A stretch of 38,510 bases of DNA from Verrucomicrobiales bacterium. GTDB lineage: Bacteria > Verrucomicrobiota > Verrucomicrobiia > Verrucomicrobiales > SLCJ01. The stretch covers positions 1 to 38,510 of the forward strand of contig JBJTQJ010000073.1 of assembly GCA_046075565.1 (NCBI GenBank), written 5' to 3'. Positions within the stretch are counted from its first letter, which is position 1, and the number at the start of each line of letters is the position of its first letter. Shown one piece after another: positions 1-9,786 of the stretch. Both the position numbers and the translations under genes were made by a program. The notes beneath the pieces are model-generated. The model was not told the origin of the DNA and did no database searches. It saw only the letters and a program-made list of their open reading frames with translations.

Positions 1-83
1 GGTGAGAGCAGGACTGTTTGGCTCGGAGTCTCTTTCGCGGCGGAGCTGACGATGGCCAAAGCGAGTGCGGTGATGGTTAACAT
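1..83 (-). CDS. N-terminal part of a probable exported protein (runs off window)
   Basis: ATG at 83 on - strand; MLTITALALAIVSSAAKETPSQTVLLS looks like a signal peptide; frame open to window edge. Confidence 0.5.
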   Translation of the reverse strand, partial: MLTITALALAIVSSAAKETPSQTVLLS

Positions 84-1032
84 AAAAGTGCGGCTGCTAG
101 GAATTTGCTTTTGGGGTGAAGGCCGTTGAAAGAGCCGGTGGCCGGACCGGAGGGCGGGGAAATGGGGGTTGCGGGGGAAAGGGGGGGGCGAAGGAAGTGA
201 AAAGTGCCGAGTGAGCAGTGAGCAGAGAAGAAAAACGCGACGAAACAGCCGTGTGGCAGACGCCCTTGCCGCTTTTGGCAGTCACATTCATCGGGAGTGA
301 GCGTAGCTTTCCCGACCGCTTTGCCAAGTTTTTTTTGGCGGCGGGAGCATTTTTTCGGCGGGAGCGGTCAGGTGGATTCGAGAACCAGGATGCGGCCGTC
401 GTCCAGTTGGATTTCCACGGGTTTCCATCCGGGGCTCTGGTCGATGCCATCCGGGTCGGGATTTGGCGGATACCGGGGACGGTTGAACCAGTTTAGGTCG
501 GGTTCGTCAGCTGGAATCCGGCAACGCGAAACAATCCTCCGAAAGCCCTTGATCCGCCTCGCCGATCTGGCAGAGGTGTGACGGATGGACAAGCCCCCTG
601 CCAACACTGACTACGCTCCCGGAACACCGGAGGGCGGCGGTCGGACAGGGGTGGAAATCCTCCCGAGTTCCGCGACAGAATCCCCGGATTCCACACGGAT
701 TTCACACAAAACGACCGTCTAGGACCGCACACCCTGCGGCACCCCGGTCAACCCACCAACGCACCAATGCCCATGATATCGCAACCAGAAGCACAGTCGG
801 CAGGTCTCCTTGCCGATCCGCCATTCTTCGCTTCCATTTGGAAGCTACGAACGGCAGGCCATTCCCCTGGGGATTCGAACCCACGGTCTGGAAAACCGGT
901 TCGATTGCCGCGGTCGCGGCAAAGCGGCGAGCGGGTCACTCCCACCCTCTCCGGCTAATACCCCCTGAAAATGAATGCTTGTCTAACGGAGCGTCTCGTC
1001 CAATAATGGGCGGACTCCAAGCCAATTTCCTC

Positions 1033-1281
1033 ATGGCCGTAATCGACACCACAAAGTTCCTCGAAGTAATCCACGATGCCTATGGTCTGCGCGTCGCCAA
1101 TCTCGAACTCTCCACCCTTTTCCGGAAGCTCAACGAGTGGGATTCCATGGTCGCCGTTTTTATCGCCGCCGCCGCCTACGATCATTACGATGTGCAGGTG
1201 TCCAGTGAGGATCTTCTTACCTGCAATACTCTGGAAGACCTGAAAAAGCTCATCGAATCCCGGCTCCCCTCGCAACCCTGA
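1033..1281 (+). CDS. Acyl carrier protein
   Basis: 82 aa acidic protein, EWDSM phosphopantetheine-Ser motif, C-terminal CNTLEDL; stop overlaps start of FabH-like gene. Confidence 0.85.
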   Translation: MAVIDTTKFLEVIHDAYGLRVANLELSTLFRKLNEWDSMVAVFIAAAAYDHYDVQVSSEDLLTCNTLEDLKKLIESRLPSQP

Positions 1282-2333
1282 TGGACCAACTCATCCAGCA
1301 TATCCGCGTTGCCGGCCTCGCCGCTGCCGTTCCCCGTAACGAAGAAAAGCTGGCCGAAAGTGAATACGGCACTCCGGAAGCACGGGCTCGATTTGTTGCG
1401 ATGACCGGGATCCACGCCCGCCGCCTCTGTCTTCCTGAGCAGTTTTGCTCCGATCTCGCTGTTGCGGCGGCCGAACGTTTGCTCGACGACCTGGCTTGGG
1501 ATCGCGCCGAAGTCGAGAATCTCATCCTGATTACCCAAAGCCCGGACTTGGATCGCCCCTCCACCGCCTGCCTCATCCAGGCTCGTCTTGGTCTCCCGAC
1601 CACCTGTGCGGCGTTCGACATCAACCTCGGATGCTCCGGCTATCCCTATGGGTTGTTCGTCGCTTCGAAGTTGACGGCCTCTCGCCCGGGCGCGAAAACT
1701 CTCCTGCTTGTCGGCGATGCGGGTGGAAAATACGAACTCGCCACGGATCGCCGAACCCGCAGTCCGTTGTTCGGCGATGCCGCCACTGCGACTGCCTTGG
1801 AATGGCACCCCGATGCCGCACCCATGCGCATCCAATTGCACACCGATGGCAGCGGCTGGAATACCATCATGGCACCTCGTGCCGGGGGCCGTCCGGGTTT
1901 GTCCGCGGCTGATTTTCGTTTTGAGGAGAGGGAAGGAGAAATCCATATCCATTCCCCGTCGCGCATGCAGGGTGAGGATGTCTTCAATTTCACCGCGTCG
2001 ACCATTCCTCCCGCGATCCGCTCCATGCTCGCATCGATGGACTGGTCGAAAGAATCCGTTGATGCCTTCGTCCTGCACCAGGCCAGCCGCACCGTCAACG
2101 ACATGCTCTGCAAACGCATCGGTGTGACGGTGGATCGGGCTCCCCGCTCCCTGGAGCAGTTCGGCAATACCAATTCCGCTACCATACCGCTCACTCTTGT
2201 CACCCAATGGCGGGAAAAGCTGCGCCAATCCCGGCAGCGTCTCATCCTGTGTGGATACGGCATCGGGCTCTCCTGGGGCACTGTCGCCTGTGAATGGGAC
2301 CGCATCGTCTGCCCGGAACTAATCGAAATCTAA
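1281..2333 (+). CDS. fabH: 3-oxoacyl-ACP synthase III (FabH-like), glycan-cluster type
   Basis: FDINLGCSG (Cys), LHQAS (His), FGNT (Asn), LFGDAATA, GYGIGLSWG. Confidence 0.9.
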   Translation: MDQLIQHIRVAGLAAAVPRNEEKLAESEYGTPEARARFVAMTGIHARRLCLPEQFCSDLAVAAAERLLDDLAWDRAEVENLILITQSPDLDRPSTACLIQARLGLPTTCAAFDINLGCSGYPYGLFVASKLTASRPGAKTLLLVGDAGGKYELATDRRTRSPLFGDAATATALEWHPDAAPMRIQLHTDGSGWNTIMAPRAGGRPGLSAADFRFEEREGEIHIHSPSRMQGEDVFNFTASTIPPAIRSMLASMDWSKESVDAFVLHQASRTVNDMLCKRIGVTVDRAPRSLEQFGNTNSATIPLTLVTQWREKLRQSRQRLILCGYGIGLSWGTVACEWDRIVCPELIEI

Positions 2334-2344
2334 TCAGTGTTCTC

Positions 2345-3007
2345 ATGCCTGCGCACAAACAGAAACTGATCATCATCAGTGCCGGTGCGTTCGGCCGCGA
2401 GGTCCGCGCCATGGCGGCGGGTATCGAGTCTTCCCTCGGCGCGTCTTGCCCATGGAGTGTGGCCGGTTTCCTGGATGACCGACCGAGGATACTCGGTGGC
2501 AAGGATTCCACCGGTGTGCCGATCCTTGCCTCGCCGATGGACTACGTCCCCGCCGACGGGGACAGATTCATCTGTGCTATTGGCGACCCTAGGCAGCGGC
2601 AACACTACGCGGCAATCGTCGCCGACCGGGGGGGCGTCTTCCTCTCGCTCACCTGGCCTCAGTCCGCCGTGTGTGACTTTGCCGGGCGCCGCGGGGATGG
2701 TTCGCTCATCGGGCCGTTCTGTGCCGTCTCCGCGGATGTCGCGATCGGCCCGCACACCATGATTGTCGCCCAGGCCACCATCGGCCATGATGTCATAATC
2801 GGTTCCTGTTGTCATATTGGCGCTTATGCCTTCCTCGGCGGTGGGGCAACCATTGGCAACCGCGTCACCATTCATCCGCATGCCTGCATTCTGCCAGGCG
2901 CCGTGGTCGAGGATGATGCCACTGTCGGGGCCGGCTCCGTGGTTTTGAAAAGAGTGTCCGCCGGGCAAACCGTCTTCGGCGTGCCCGCGCTCCCGGTGAA
3001 AACATGA
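2345..3007 (+). CDS. Sugar O/N-acyltransferase, NeuD/PglD/VioB family
   Basis: IIISAGAFGREV N-terminus, GFLDD, AIGDP, hexapeptide repeats (IGHDVIIG, VGAGSVV), GVPA end. Confidence 0.88.
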   Translation: MPAHKQKLIIISAGAFGREVRAMAAGIESSLGASCPWSVAGFLDDRPRILGGKDSTGVPILASPMDYVPADGDRFICAIGDPRQRQHYAAIVADRGGVFLSLTWPQSAVCDFAGRRGDGSLIGPFCAVSADVAIGPHTMIVAQATIGHDVIIGSCCHIGAYAFLGGGATIGNRVTIHPHACILPGAVVEDDATVGAGSVVLKRVSAGQTVFGVPALPVKT

Positions 3008-3921
3008 ATGCGCTTTCCATGTCTGGTCCTGCTGGCTCGGCGCCGCTTGTTAGCGTCCTCATTCCCACGTTCAACCACGAACGGTTTCTGGCCCGGGCCA
3101 TCGAAAGCGCGTTGGCTCAGATCACCGACTTTCGCGTTGAAATCCTCGTTGGCAATGATGCTTCCACGGACAACACCGGAAATATCCTCAAGGATTTGGC
3201 ATCCCGTCATCCCGACCGCATCCGCGCCTTCCATGCCGAGACCAATGCCGGCGGCCACGCCAACTTCTCGCAACTCTACGCCGCCGCCCATGGCCAATAT
3301 ATCGCCCTGCTGGAAGGCGATGACTATTGGACCGACCCCGGCAAACTCCAGACCCAGATCGATCATCTCGCGGTTCATCCCGAATGCTCGCTCTGTTTCC
3401 ACCAAGTGGAAATACGCGATGAAATCGGCGACTTGCCCGCGACGATCTCCAACCCCTCCGATCCACTGGTGAGCGGACTCTCCCGCATCACCCGCTTTAA
3501 CTATATCCACACCCCATCGGTTGTCTTCCGCAACCGCCTCATCCCGGGGGTGCCCGCCTGGGTCCATTCTCTGCCCATGGGAGATTGGCCGCTTTTTGTC
3601 CTGCTTGCGGAGCATGGTGAACTGCATCTCATCCGGAAACCCATGGCCGTCTATCGGGTTCAAAGCGGCAGCGTCTGGGCATCGCGCACCCAACTTAGTC
3701 GGCTGGTCAGCACGGTTCATGTCGCCGAAGTCTGCGTCCATCACCTCGGCCATCCCGGTTTCCGGGACTGCATCTTCAAGACCTCCCGCACGATCGCCCG
3801 CATGGCCTTGGCGGAACGCGCTCCCTTCCTCTGGCTCAGGCACGCTATGAAATGCGCGCGCATGATCATCAGCCAACCGGAATTGCGCCGGTCGCTTTTT
3901 TCGCCCGGAAAGAAGGTATGA
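3004..3921 (+). CDS. Glycosyltransferase family 2
   Basis: PLVSVLIPTFNHE, NDASTDNT, YIALLEGDDYW, GDW motifs. Confidence 0.92.
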   Translation: MNALSMSGPAGSAPLVSVLIPTFNHERFLARAIESALAQITDFRVEILVGNDASTDNTGNILKDLASRHPDRIRAFHAETNAGGHANFSQLYAAAHGQYIALLEGDDYWTDPGKLQTQIDHLAVHPECSLCFHQVEIRDEIGDLPATISNPSDPLVSGLSRITRFNYIHTPSVVFRNRLIPGVPAWVHSLPMGDWPLFVLLAEHGELHLIRKPMAVYRVQSGSVWASRTQLSRLVSTVHVAEVCVHHLGHPGFRDCIFKTSRTIARMALAERAPFLWLRHAMKCARMIISQPELRRSLFSPGKKV

Positions 3922-3991
3922 CCCCGGGCAAATTGACCGAGAGAGGCGACGCCAGAATCAAGTTCCTTCGAACCGAACCTCCCAAAGCCTG

Positions 3992-4464
3992 TTATGCTTG
4001 CCCGGGTTCGTGTCGTAGCGGGAGGACACAATCCATCATGAGAAACTCTCCGGCCTCCCCGGTTGCGCGGAAGCCAACTCTCTCGTAGAGGCTCCCGGCA
4101 GCCTTGTTGGTTTTGGCAACCTCGAGGGTGATACGACCGACTCCTCTCAAGATTGCGGCTTCAATACACCGCTGCAAAAGAACGGATCAATCCCCCTTCC
4201 GACATGCCCGACGGTCACGGAGATGTTGGAAATGTGCGCCGAAGGCTGGTTCTCCATGCCGAAGTAGACAGCGACCAGACCAACCAAACTTTCGTCGGAC
4301 CAAGCCTCGAATCGTGTGGACTTCACCGCGATCTTCCGGGCGTATTCCGCCCTCTCCACGCGACTGTCCAATAGGCGGATAAACTCCGGATCACAACGGG
4401 CGAAATGGTCAATGACGGCGGTTGTATCCGCCGTGTCCGTATCATATCGAAGATCCTCTTTCAT
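3992..4464 (-). pseudogene. GNAT N-acetyltransferase, frameshifted at ~4187
   Basis: MKEDL...HISNISV...GRGI continues in the -1 frame as SVLLQRCIEAA...ITLEVAKTNKAAGSLYERVGF; one base missing in ATT GA TCC. Confidence 0.8.
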
Positions 4465-5420
4465 GGTTCGCAGATTGCCAGCCCGAATCCACGGCGTCCG
4501 AATTCGTTGCCGTTGCATAAAAGGTAACTCCGGCCATCCAGCTCGAAAACATGCGGATAACACTGCATGTCCGAGTCCCACTCGCCGGGTGTGCCGTCCA
4601 GCCGGAAGCTCTCATCGTCCCGGTTCCAGTTTTCCAGATCCTTCGACCAGGCATGGCCAATCCTGTAGCCATTGGCGGGATCGGTGCGGAAATCGCAGGA
4701 CGGTCGGTAACAGAAGAACATGTGGTAAATGCCTTCGATTTCACAAACCATTGGAAGCGCCTGTGCCTCGTCCTCGCCCAGCCGGTCCGGGATGATTCGA
4801 CGTCCCTCCTCTTTCTGCCAATGGACTCCATCAGGAGAGACGGCATGGCCGATCTTGTAGGTCCGCTCGGGCGCGGAACCAGGCGCGTAACGACGCCATT
4901 CGGTGCCGAAGATATACCACATGTGGAACACGTCGTTGATGATCTTCACGAAACCGTCTCCCACCAGGAACGGCTCCTGCAAGGAAGCCGAAAGCACCGG
5001 GCCAATCCCAAACCGCTCGAAGGTCCTGCCATTGTCGTGGCTCACCACCAGTCCGATTGAGGTTTCGACCGAAACGGAAACCCTTCGGCTCCATCCGCAG
5101 GTGTAGGCCAGAACCCGGTCATGGTGGCGCACGACATGGAATGGGAAAATCCCATGTTCGTCGAAACAACCGGGGCCGCCAAGGGGCAGGACCGGATGTT
5201 TGCTCACGCTGAGAACTTCCCGCAGATCCTTGCTGAAATCCGCGAAGGCGACGTGGCTCAAATACTTGCGGTTGGAAGGCTCAAGGACGCGGGTGGAGAA
5301 ATAGATCCGCACAAAATCGTCAAAAACCAGCGCCTGCGGGGACTGCGCGAATTCCTCACATCCGTTGGGCAGCGTATGCTCAAGCGGGTCGAAGATCCTG
5401 CCCAGTTTTTTCCATTTCAT
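4461..5420 (-). CDS. Five-bladed beta-propeller glycosylase-like protein (GH32/43/130-like fold) of polysaccharide clusters
   Basis: MKWKKLGRIF start, FAQSPQALVFD, repeated S-x-D-G-x-x-W/F blades, GYRIGHAWS, CYPHVF, NGNEFG. Confidence 0.75.
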   Translation of the reverse strand: MKWKKLGRIFDPLEHTLPNGCEEFAQSPQALVFDDFVRIYFSTRVLEPSNRKYLSHVAFADFSKDLREVLSVSKHPVLPLGGPGCFDEHGIFPFHVVRHHDRVLAYTCGWSRRVSVSVETSIGLVVSHDNGRTFERFGIGPVLSASLQEPFLVGDGFVKIINDVFHMWYIFGTEWRRYAPGSAPERTYKIGHAVSPDGVHWQKEEGRRIIPDRLGEDEAQALPMVCEIEGIYHMFFCYRPSCDFRTDPANGYRIGHAWSKDLENWNRDDESFRLDGTPGEWDSDMQCYPHVFELDGRSYLLCNGNEFGRRGFGLAICEP

Positions 5421-6393
5421 GCCTCGCCTCCCTTGCCAAGTTCTCCATCCAGCACCGCAAGCCCGAATCCCTCCCGGCCGACTTGATTTCCCAGATAGGC
5501 CATGTAGGTCCGCCCATCCACTTCGAACACGTGGGGATAGCTGATCATCTCGGAGTCCCAGCCCTCGTTGGAAACGTCAATTCCGGCCATCGCGTCGTCG
5601 CGCGTCCACTCCTTGAGGTTTGAACTGTGGGCATAACCGATGCGATAGCCTCGCTCGTGCCCGCGGTAGTGGCTACTATAGCGGTAACAGAAAAACATGT
5701 GATACCTGCCGCCGGAATAGAAAACATCAGGGCTGGCTTGGGCCTCGTCTTCCTCGATCCGGCTTTCAATCAGATCGCGCTGGTGGCGAACCCAGTGGAT
5801 TCCGTCGTCAGAGGTTGCCATGCGGATCTTGTAAACTGGTTCCGGGCGGCCATCGACCTCTTTCCATTTCCGACCGGGGATATACCACAGATACCAAAGC
5901 CCTCCGAAGCGCCTGATTTTGGGGCCACTCAGGACAAACGGCTCGTCGGGCGAGAAGCCGAGCACGGGACCCCGGCCGATTTTCCTGAATGTCTCGCCGC
6001 CATCCTCGCTCACGGCGCATCCGATTGCCACGTTGAAAGGAACCGATTCGCACCGTGTCCATACCGCGTAATAGGCGCGGATCAATCCCCATTGCGAATC
6101 ACCGAGATCGGATAAGTTCCAAACTCATCGAATTCGCCCGTTCCACCAAGGTCGAGAACCGGCTCCCGGGCCAATCGTTGGATCTTGAACAAATCGGCCC
6201 GATCCAGATCAACAAAGGCGCATCGGCTCGTGTATTGGACGCTTTCATCCGCCGGGGCACGGCAGGACAAGTAAATCCGCACGAAGTCATCAAAAACCAA
6301 AGCCGAGGGAGCTTGGGCGAATTCCCTCATCCACGGTCGTTCCGCGCCACCGCAGGGTGTAAAAACCTTCCCGAGTTTTTTCCGATGGAACAT
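5417..6393 (-). pseudogene. Paralogous beta-propeller glycosylase-like gene, frameshifted at ~6083
   Basis: 103-aa and 222-aa ORFs join into a full-length paralogue of 4461-5420 (GTYPISVIRNGD / IRAYYAVWTRCESVPFNVAIG); one base missing. Confidence 0.8.
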
Positions 6394-6396
6394 GGT

Positions 6397-7094
6397 TCAG
6401 ATCAATTCGTAGCCGTGGAAAATCACATCGTGCAGAGACTCTGGTTCAACACACATCATCATATCGAGAATTGACAACGAAGGACAAAAGGCCCGCCGGA
6501 CTGGGGATAGGAGAATTCCCGCGGCATGAGGAATTTCAATTCCACGCCTTGGGCCAGGAAATCGGATTTCTGATAAAGAGCGATGCCGCCAGGTGGATTC
6601 AGATAGGTGCTTGCGCCCATGGCCGCGCACATGGCCAGCACCTTGTCCTGTTTTTTGAGGTCATGCTTTATTCCAATGCCGGAAAGAACCTGGATTTCTG
6701 TTCCGATTCCGAGGTGAGCGCAGACCCTGAGGATCGAGTGATGCAGGAAGGTGAAAAGATTGCGTTCGGTAAAGCCGAGGATTTCCTCGATCACCGGCCA
6801 CGTGCGGCGGAACTACGGTGCTTGGCGATAGGCGGCGCGAAATTGGTTGAGCAGTTTGCCCGGGTTGAAGTTCGCGGTCAGTTCCCGTTCCCGGATCTCC
6901 AGCGAGTCCGGGGCATGCTTCAAAGGTAGGGAAAACGGGACTGCCTTTCCATCCCTGAGAAAACGATTGCGGTTGATCCAGCCCTTTTTCGTATACTTGA
7001 TGTTGTCATAAACGACGAATAGATCCGAGGCGGCGATCAACTGGAAGTATCCGGAGTAGGGCAGAAAATAGGGCTGCATGATCGACAGCTTCAT
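6397..7094 (-). pseudogene. wbqC: WbqC-family protein with in-frame stop and frameshift
   Basis: IMQPYFLPYSGYFQLI, GWINRNR, YLNPPGG, LSILD motifs; TAG at 6813-6815 where APYF is expected; -1 shift at ~6481-6483. Confidence 0.85.
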
Positions 7095-8230
7095 CGGAGA
7101 TCATACAGGTTGAGAAAACTCTGGGGGGCGGCCACCAACCCGCAGATTCTCTCGACCTGCGCGAGTTCAAGTTCGGGATAGATGGGGAGGCATAGCAACC
7201 GGCGGGCGGCGTCTGTGGCCACGGGAAGGTTGGCGGCATTTCCCGAGGGCAGGTCGCGATACATCGGAAACTGCGGGATGAGTGGATGGAAATAGCGGCG
7301 GGGATGGATGCCGTTGTCCTTGAGCGCCTGATACAGTTCGTCCCTGCCCAGAGGATATTCGTCCCCGACAAGAATGGGGAAATAGGCATGGTTAAAGCCC
7401 GGCTCGTCCAGGGTATTCAGGCACTGCAGGCCGGGAACGCCGGAGAGCAAGGCGATGTAGGTATCATTGACCCGCTTGCGCCCCTCCATTACCCGATCCA
7501 TGTGCTTCAGTTGGCAAAGTCCCAGGGCCGCGTTGAACTCGCTCATTTTCCCGTTGATGCCCGTGGCCACCACCTCCACTTCATTGGTGAATCCAAAGTC
7601 TTTCATTTGGTCAAGCCGCTCCTTGCTCACGGCGTCGGGACAGACGATGGCACCACCTTCGAATGTGTTGAAAATCTTGGTGGCATGGAAACTCATGACG
7701 GAAAGATCACCATGCCGGAGGATGCTGCCTCCCTCGTCGCGTGTGCCGAACGCATGGGCGGCATCATAAATGACCGCGAGACCATGTTTATCCGCGATTT
7801 CCCGGATCGCGCCGGTGTCGCAGGATCGCCCGTAACAATGAACGGCGAGGATGGCCGTGGTTCGTGGTGTGATGGCGGCTTCTATCCTTCGCGGATCCAG
7901 ATTCAAGGTCGTGGGTTCGATGTCCACAAAAACGGGCTTGAGACCATTCCAGATCAGGCAATGTGAGGTCGCGACGAAGGAAAATGGGGTTGTGATCACC
8001 TCGCCGGATAGCTCGAGGGAACGAAGGGCCGTGAGCAACGCCATGGTTCCATTGGTGAAAATCGAAATATGATCGACACCAAGATGCGCGCCAACCGCCT
8101 CCTCGAACTCCTCCAGGATTGGGCCGCGATTCGTGACGACCCGGCTTTCCCAGATCCGCTCCAGATAGGGCAAAACCTCCCGCAAGGGGGGCAGGAATGG
8201 CCGGGTCACGTATATTTCGGATTCGCTCAT
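7091..8230 (-). CDS. DegT/DnrJ/EryC1/StrS PLP aminotransferase (VioA-like)
   Basis: IYVTRPFLPP, NGTMAL, YDAAHAFG, SFHATKIFNTFEGG (PLP Lys), GINGKMSE, RRYFHPLI. Confidence 0.93.
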   Translation of the reverse strand: MSESEIYVTRPFLPPLREVLPYLERIWESRVVTNRGPILEEFEEAVGAHLGVDHISIFTNGTMALLTALRSLELSGEVITTPFSFVATSHCLIWNGLKPVFVDIEPTTLNLDPRRIEAAITPRTTAILAVHCYGRSCDTGAIREIADKHGLAVIYDAAHAFGTRDEGGSILRHGDLSVMSFHATKIFNTFEGGAIVCPDAVSKERLDQMKDFGFTNEVEVVATGINGKMSEFNAALGLCQLKHMDRVMEGRKRVNDTYIALLSGVPGLQCLNTLDEPGFNHAYFPILVGDEYPLGRDELYQALKDNGIHPRRYFHPLIPQFPMYRDLPSGNAANLPVATDAARRLLCLPIYPELELAQVERICGLVAAPQSFLNLYDLR

Positions 8231-8406
8231 TCGTTTTCCTGACAATAGGGAAACGTCGGCCAATTGCCGGGACTTGCAGCCAAGATTTCACTCGACCGGC
8301 GAGATTGGCCGAATGGCCGGCCATACGCTCGATTGGCCCACCCGGGTGGGGGGCAGTGGCGCTCACAAGGTGCGGGCTTTCACACGGACAACCTAACGAA
8401 GCATTC

Positions 8407-9786
8407 TCATCCCTGTTTCTTCCCCGTGAGCAGTCGGATGAATTCGGCCCGGCGGCCGTCTGGATCGGGGCCGATGTTGGAGCGGGCAAGGGCCAGGGCG
8501 TCCTCCATGCGGTAGTGTTGCATGCCGGGGGCGCGGTCGAGAAGGAGGGCGCAGGCGGCGACGGCGGCGGAAAACTCGAAGTCGTCGCGCGGGAGAGGTG
8601 TCTTGGAGTCGTTCAGATGAACGAATGTTTGTTCCTTGAATTCCTTGTCACGCCCGGGCAAACGGTAGTTGATGCGGGAGACGAGCAATTCGTCGGGGGC
8701 CCGGCCGCGATTCACGCCGGCGGTTTTTTCCCAGCGGGCTTTGTCGCGTTCCACCCACGAGGATTTGGCCGGTCCGGTGGGGACGATTTCGTAGATGGCG
8801 GTGATGGATTGTCCCGCCAGCAAGTCGGCACCGCGCAATTGGCCCAGCGGCGGTTGGTTGGGAATGGGTTCGGAGCCACCGTAACCGACGAGGCGGTAAG
8901 CGGAGACAAGGGAAGGATTGAAGTCGATCAAGAGGCGTAGGTCGCGCACGGCCAGGCTCTTGCTGGCGGGCACTAGCCGCGGGTCGGAGCTGGCTTGAAT
9001 CCCGACATGCACCAGCTGATTGCCGGGTCTCCACGGGCAGGGACCGGTTTGCACGCTGAGGGAAAGGGCTTCGCCCGACTCCGGGGCGGGATAGGAGTAG
9101 CGGAAATGCTGGATGAGCGCGGCGGTGGACGCACGGCCCGCACCAATTGGAGCAGGGAGAAGATCCGCCAATGGTGTGTCGGCAGCGCTCGCCAGCGCGG
9201 GCACGACCTCGGAGACATTGGCCATCGCGGTTGGCTGGAACCCTCCACCGGTTCCGACGGCGGACCAATCCCCTTTTGAGGAGAGAGGATTGTGGGCGAC
9301 ATTCGCGGTGTTCCGCACGAAGTTCTCGCCCGGCCAGAGACGGACATGAAATGAAGGCTCGGAGCTTTCTTGTCTCTTTTCGAAGGCGAGGTCCCAGGCC
9401 GCCGGATTGATGCCCCAGGTAACCGGAATATGACGAGCCCCTAACAAAAGGGCGATCATCGCGGCGGCGGCTCCGGCGATCCAGCGGTAGGGCGGAGCCG
9501 GGGCGCGGGCGGGCTCGGGAACCGGCTTCGTCCAGGCTCCCGTGTGCAGGAAAACCGGATGACTTGCCGCCGAGAGAATGGCTTCCCTTTGCGAGGTTTC
9601 GAGGCCGCCCGGACCCATACGCAGGGCGGAGCCGAGTTCGCGGGCGAGCGTTTCCCATTCTTCTCCTTCAGCGATGGAATCGGGACTCAGATCCTCACGC
9701 CAATCGCCGCCATCTTCGAGAGCGCACAGAACGGCCTCGAGGGCGGGATCGAGATTGGTCTCGGGTTGAGGGAGGGTTGCTTTCAT
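8407..9786 (-). CDS. Membrane-anchored YfbK-like protein (vWF_A N-part + DUF3520), probable anti-sigma partner
   Basis: TM helix WIAGAAAAMIALLLGA; FRYSYPAP..PCPW..LVHVGIQ; IDFNPSLVSAYRLVGY, AGQSITAIYEI, DPDGRRAEFIRL; translationally coupled to ECF sigma. Confidence 0.7.
   Translation of the reverse strand: MKATLPQPETNLDPALEAVLCALEDGGDWREDLSPDSIAEGEEWETLARELGSALRMGPGGLETSQREAILSAASHPVFLHTGAWTKPVPEPARAPAPPYRWIAGAAAAMIALLLGARHIPVTWGINPAAWDLAFEKRQESSEPSFHVRLWPGENFVRNTANVAHNPLSSKGDWSAVGTGGGFQPTAMANVSEVVPALASAADTPLADLLPAPIGAGRASTAALIQHFRYSYPAPESGEALSLSVQTGPCPWRPGNQLVHVGIQASSDPRLVPASKSLAVRDLRLLIDFNPSLVSAYRLVGYGGSEPIPNQPPLGQLRGADLLAGQSITAIYEIVPTGPAKSSWVERDKARWEKTAGVNRGRAPDELLVSRINYRLPGRDKEFKEQTFVHLNDSKTPLPRDDFEFSAAVAACALLLDRAPGMQHYRMEDALALARSNIGPDPDGRRAEFIRLLTGKKQG

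Noticed and set aside
869-885. tRNA T-arm-like GTGGGTTCGAATCCCC on - strand
   Set aside because: No acceptor, D or anticodon stems around it and no integrase nearby
97-958. Several short ORFs upstream of the ACP gene
   Set aside because: No recognisable motifs and no consistent frame; could be a degraded gene but not supportable
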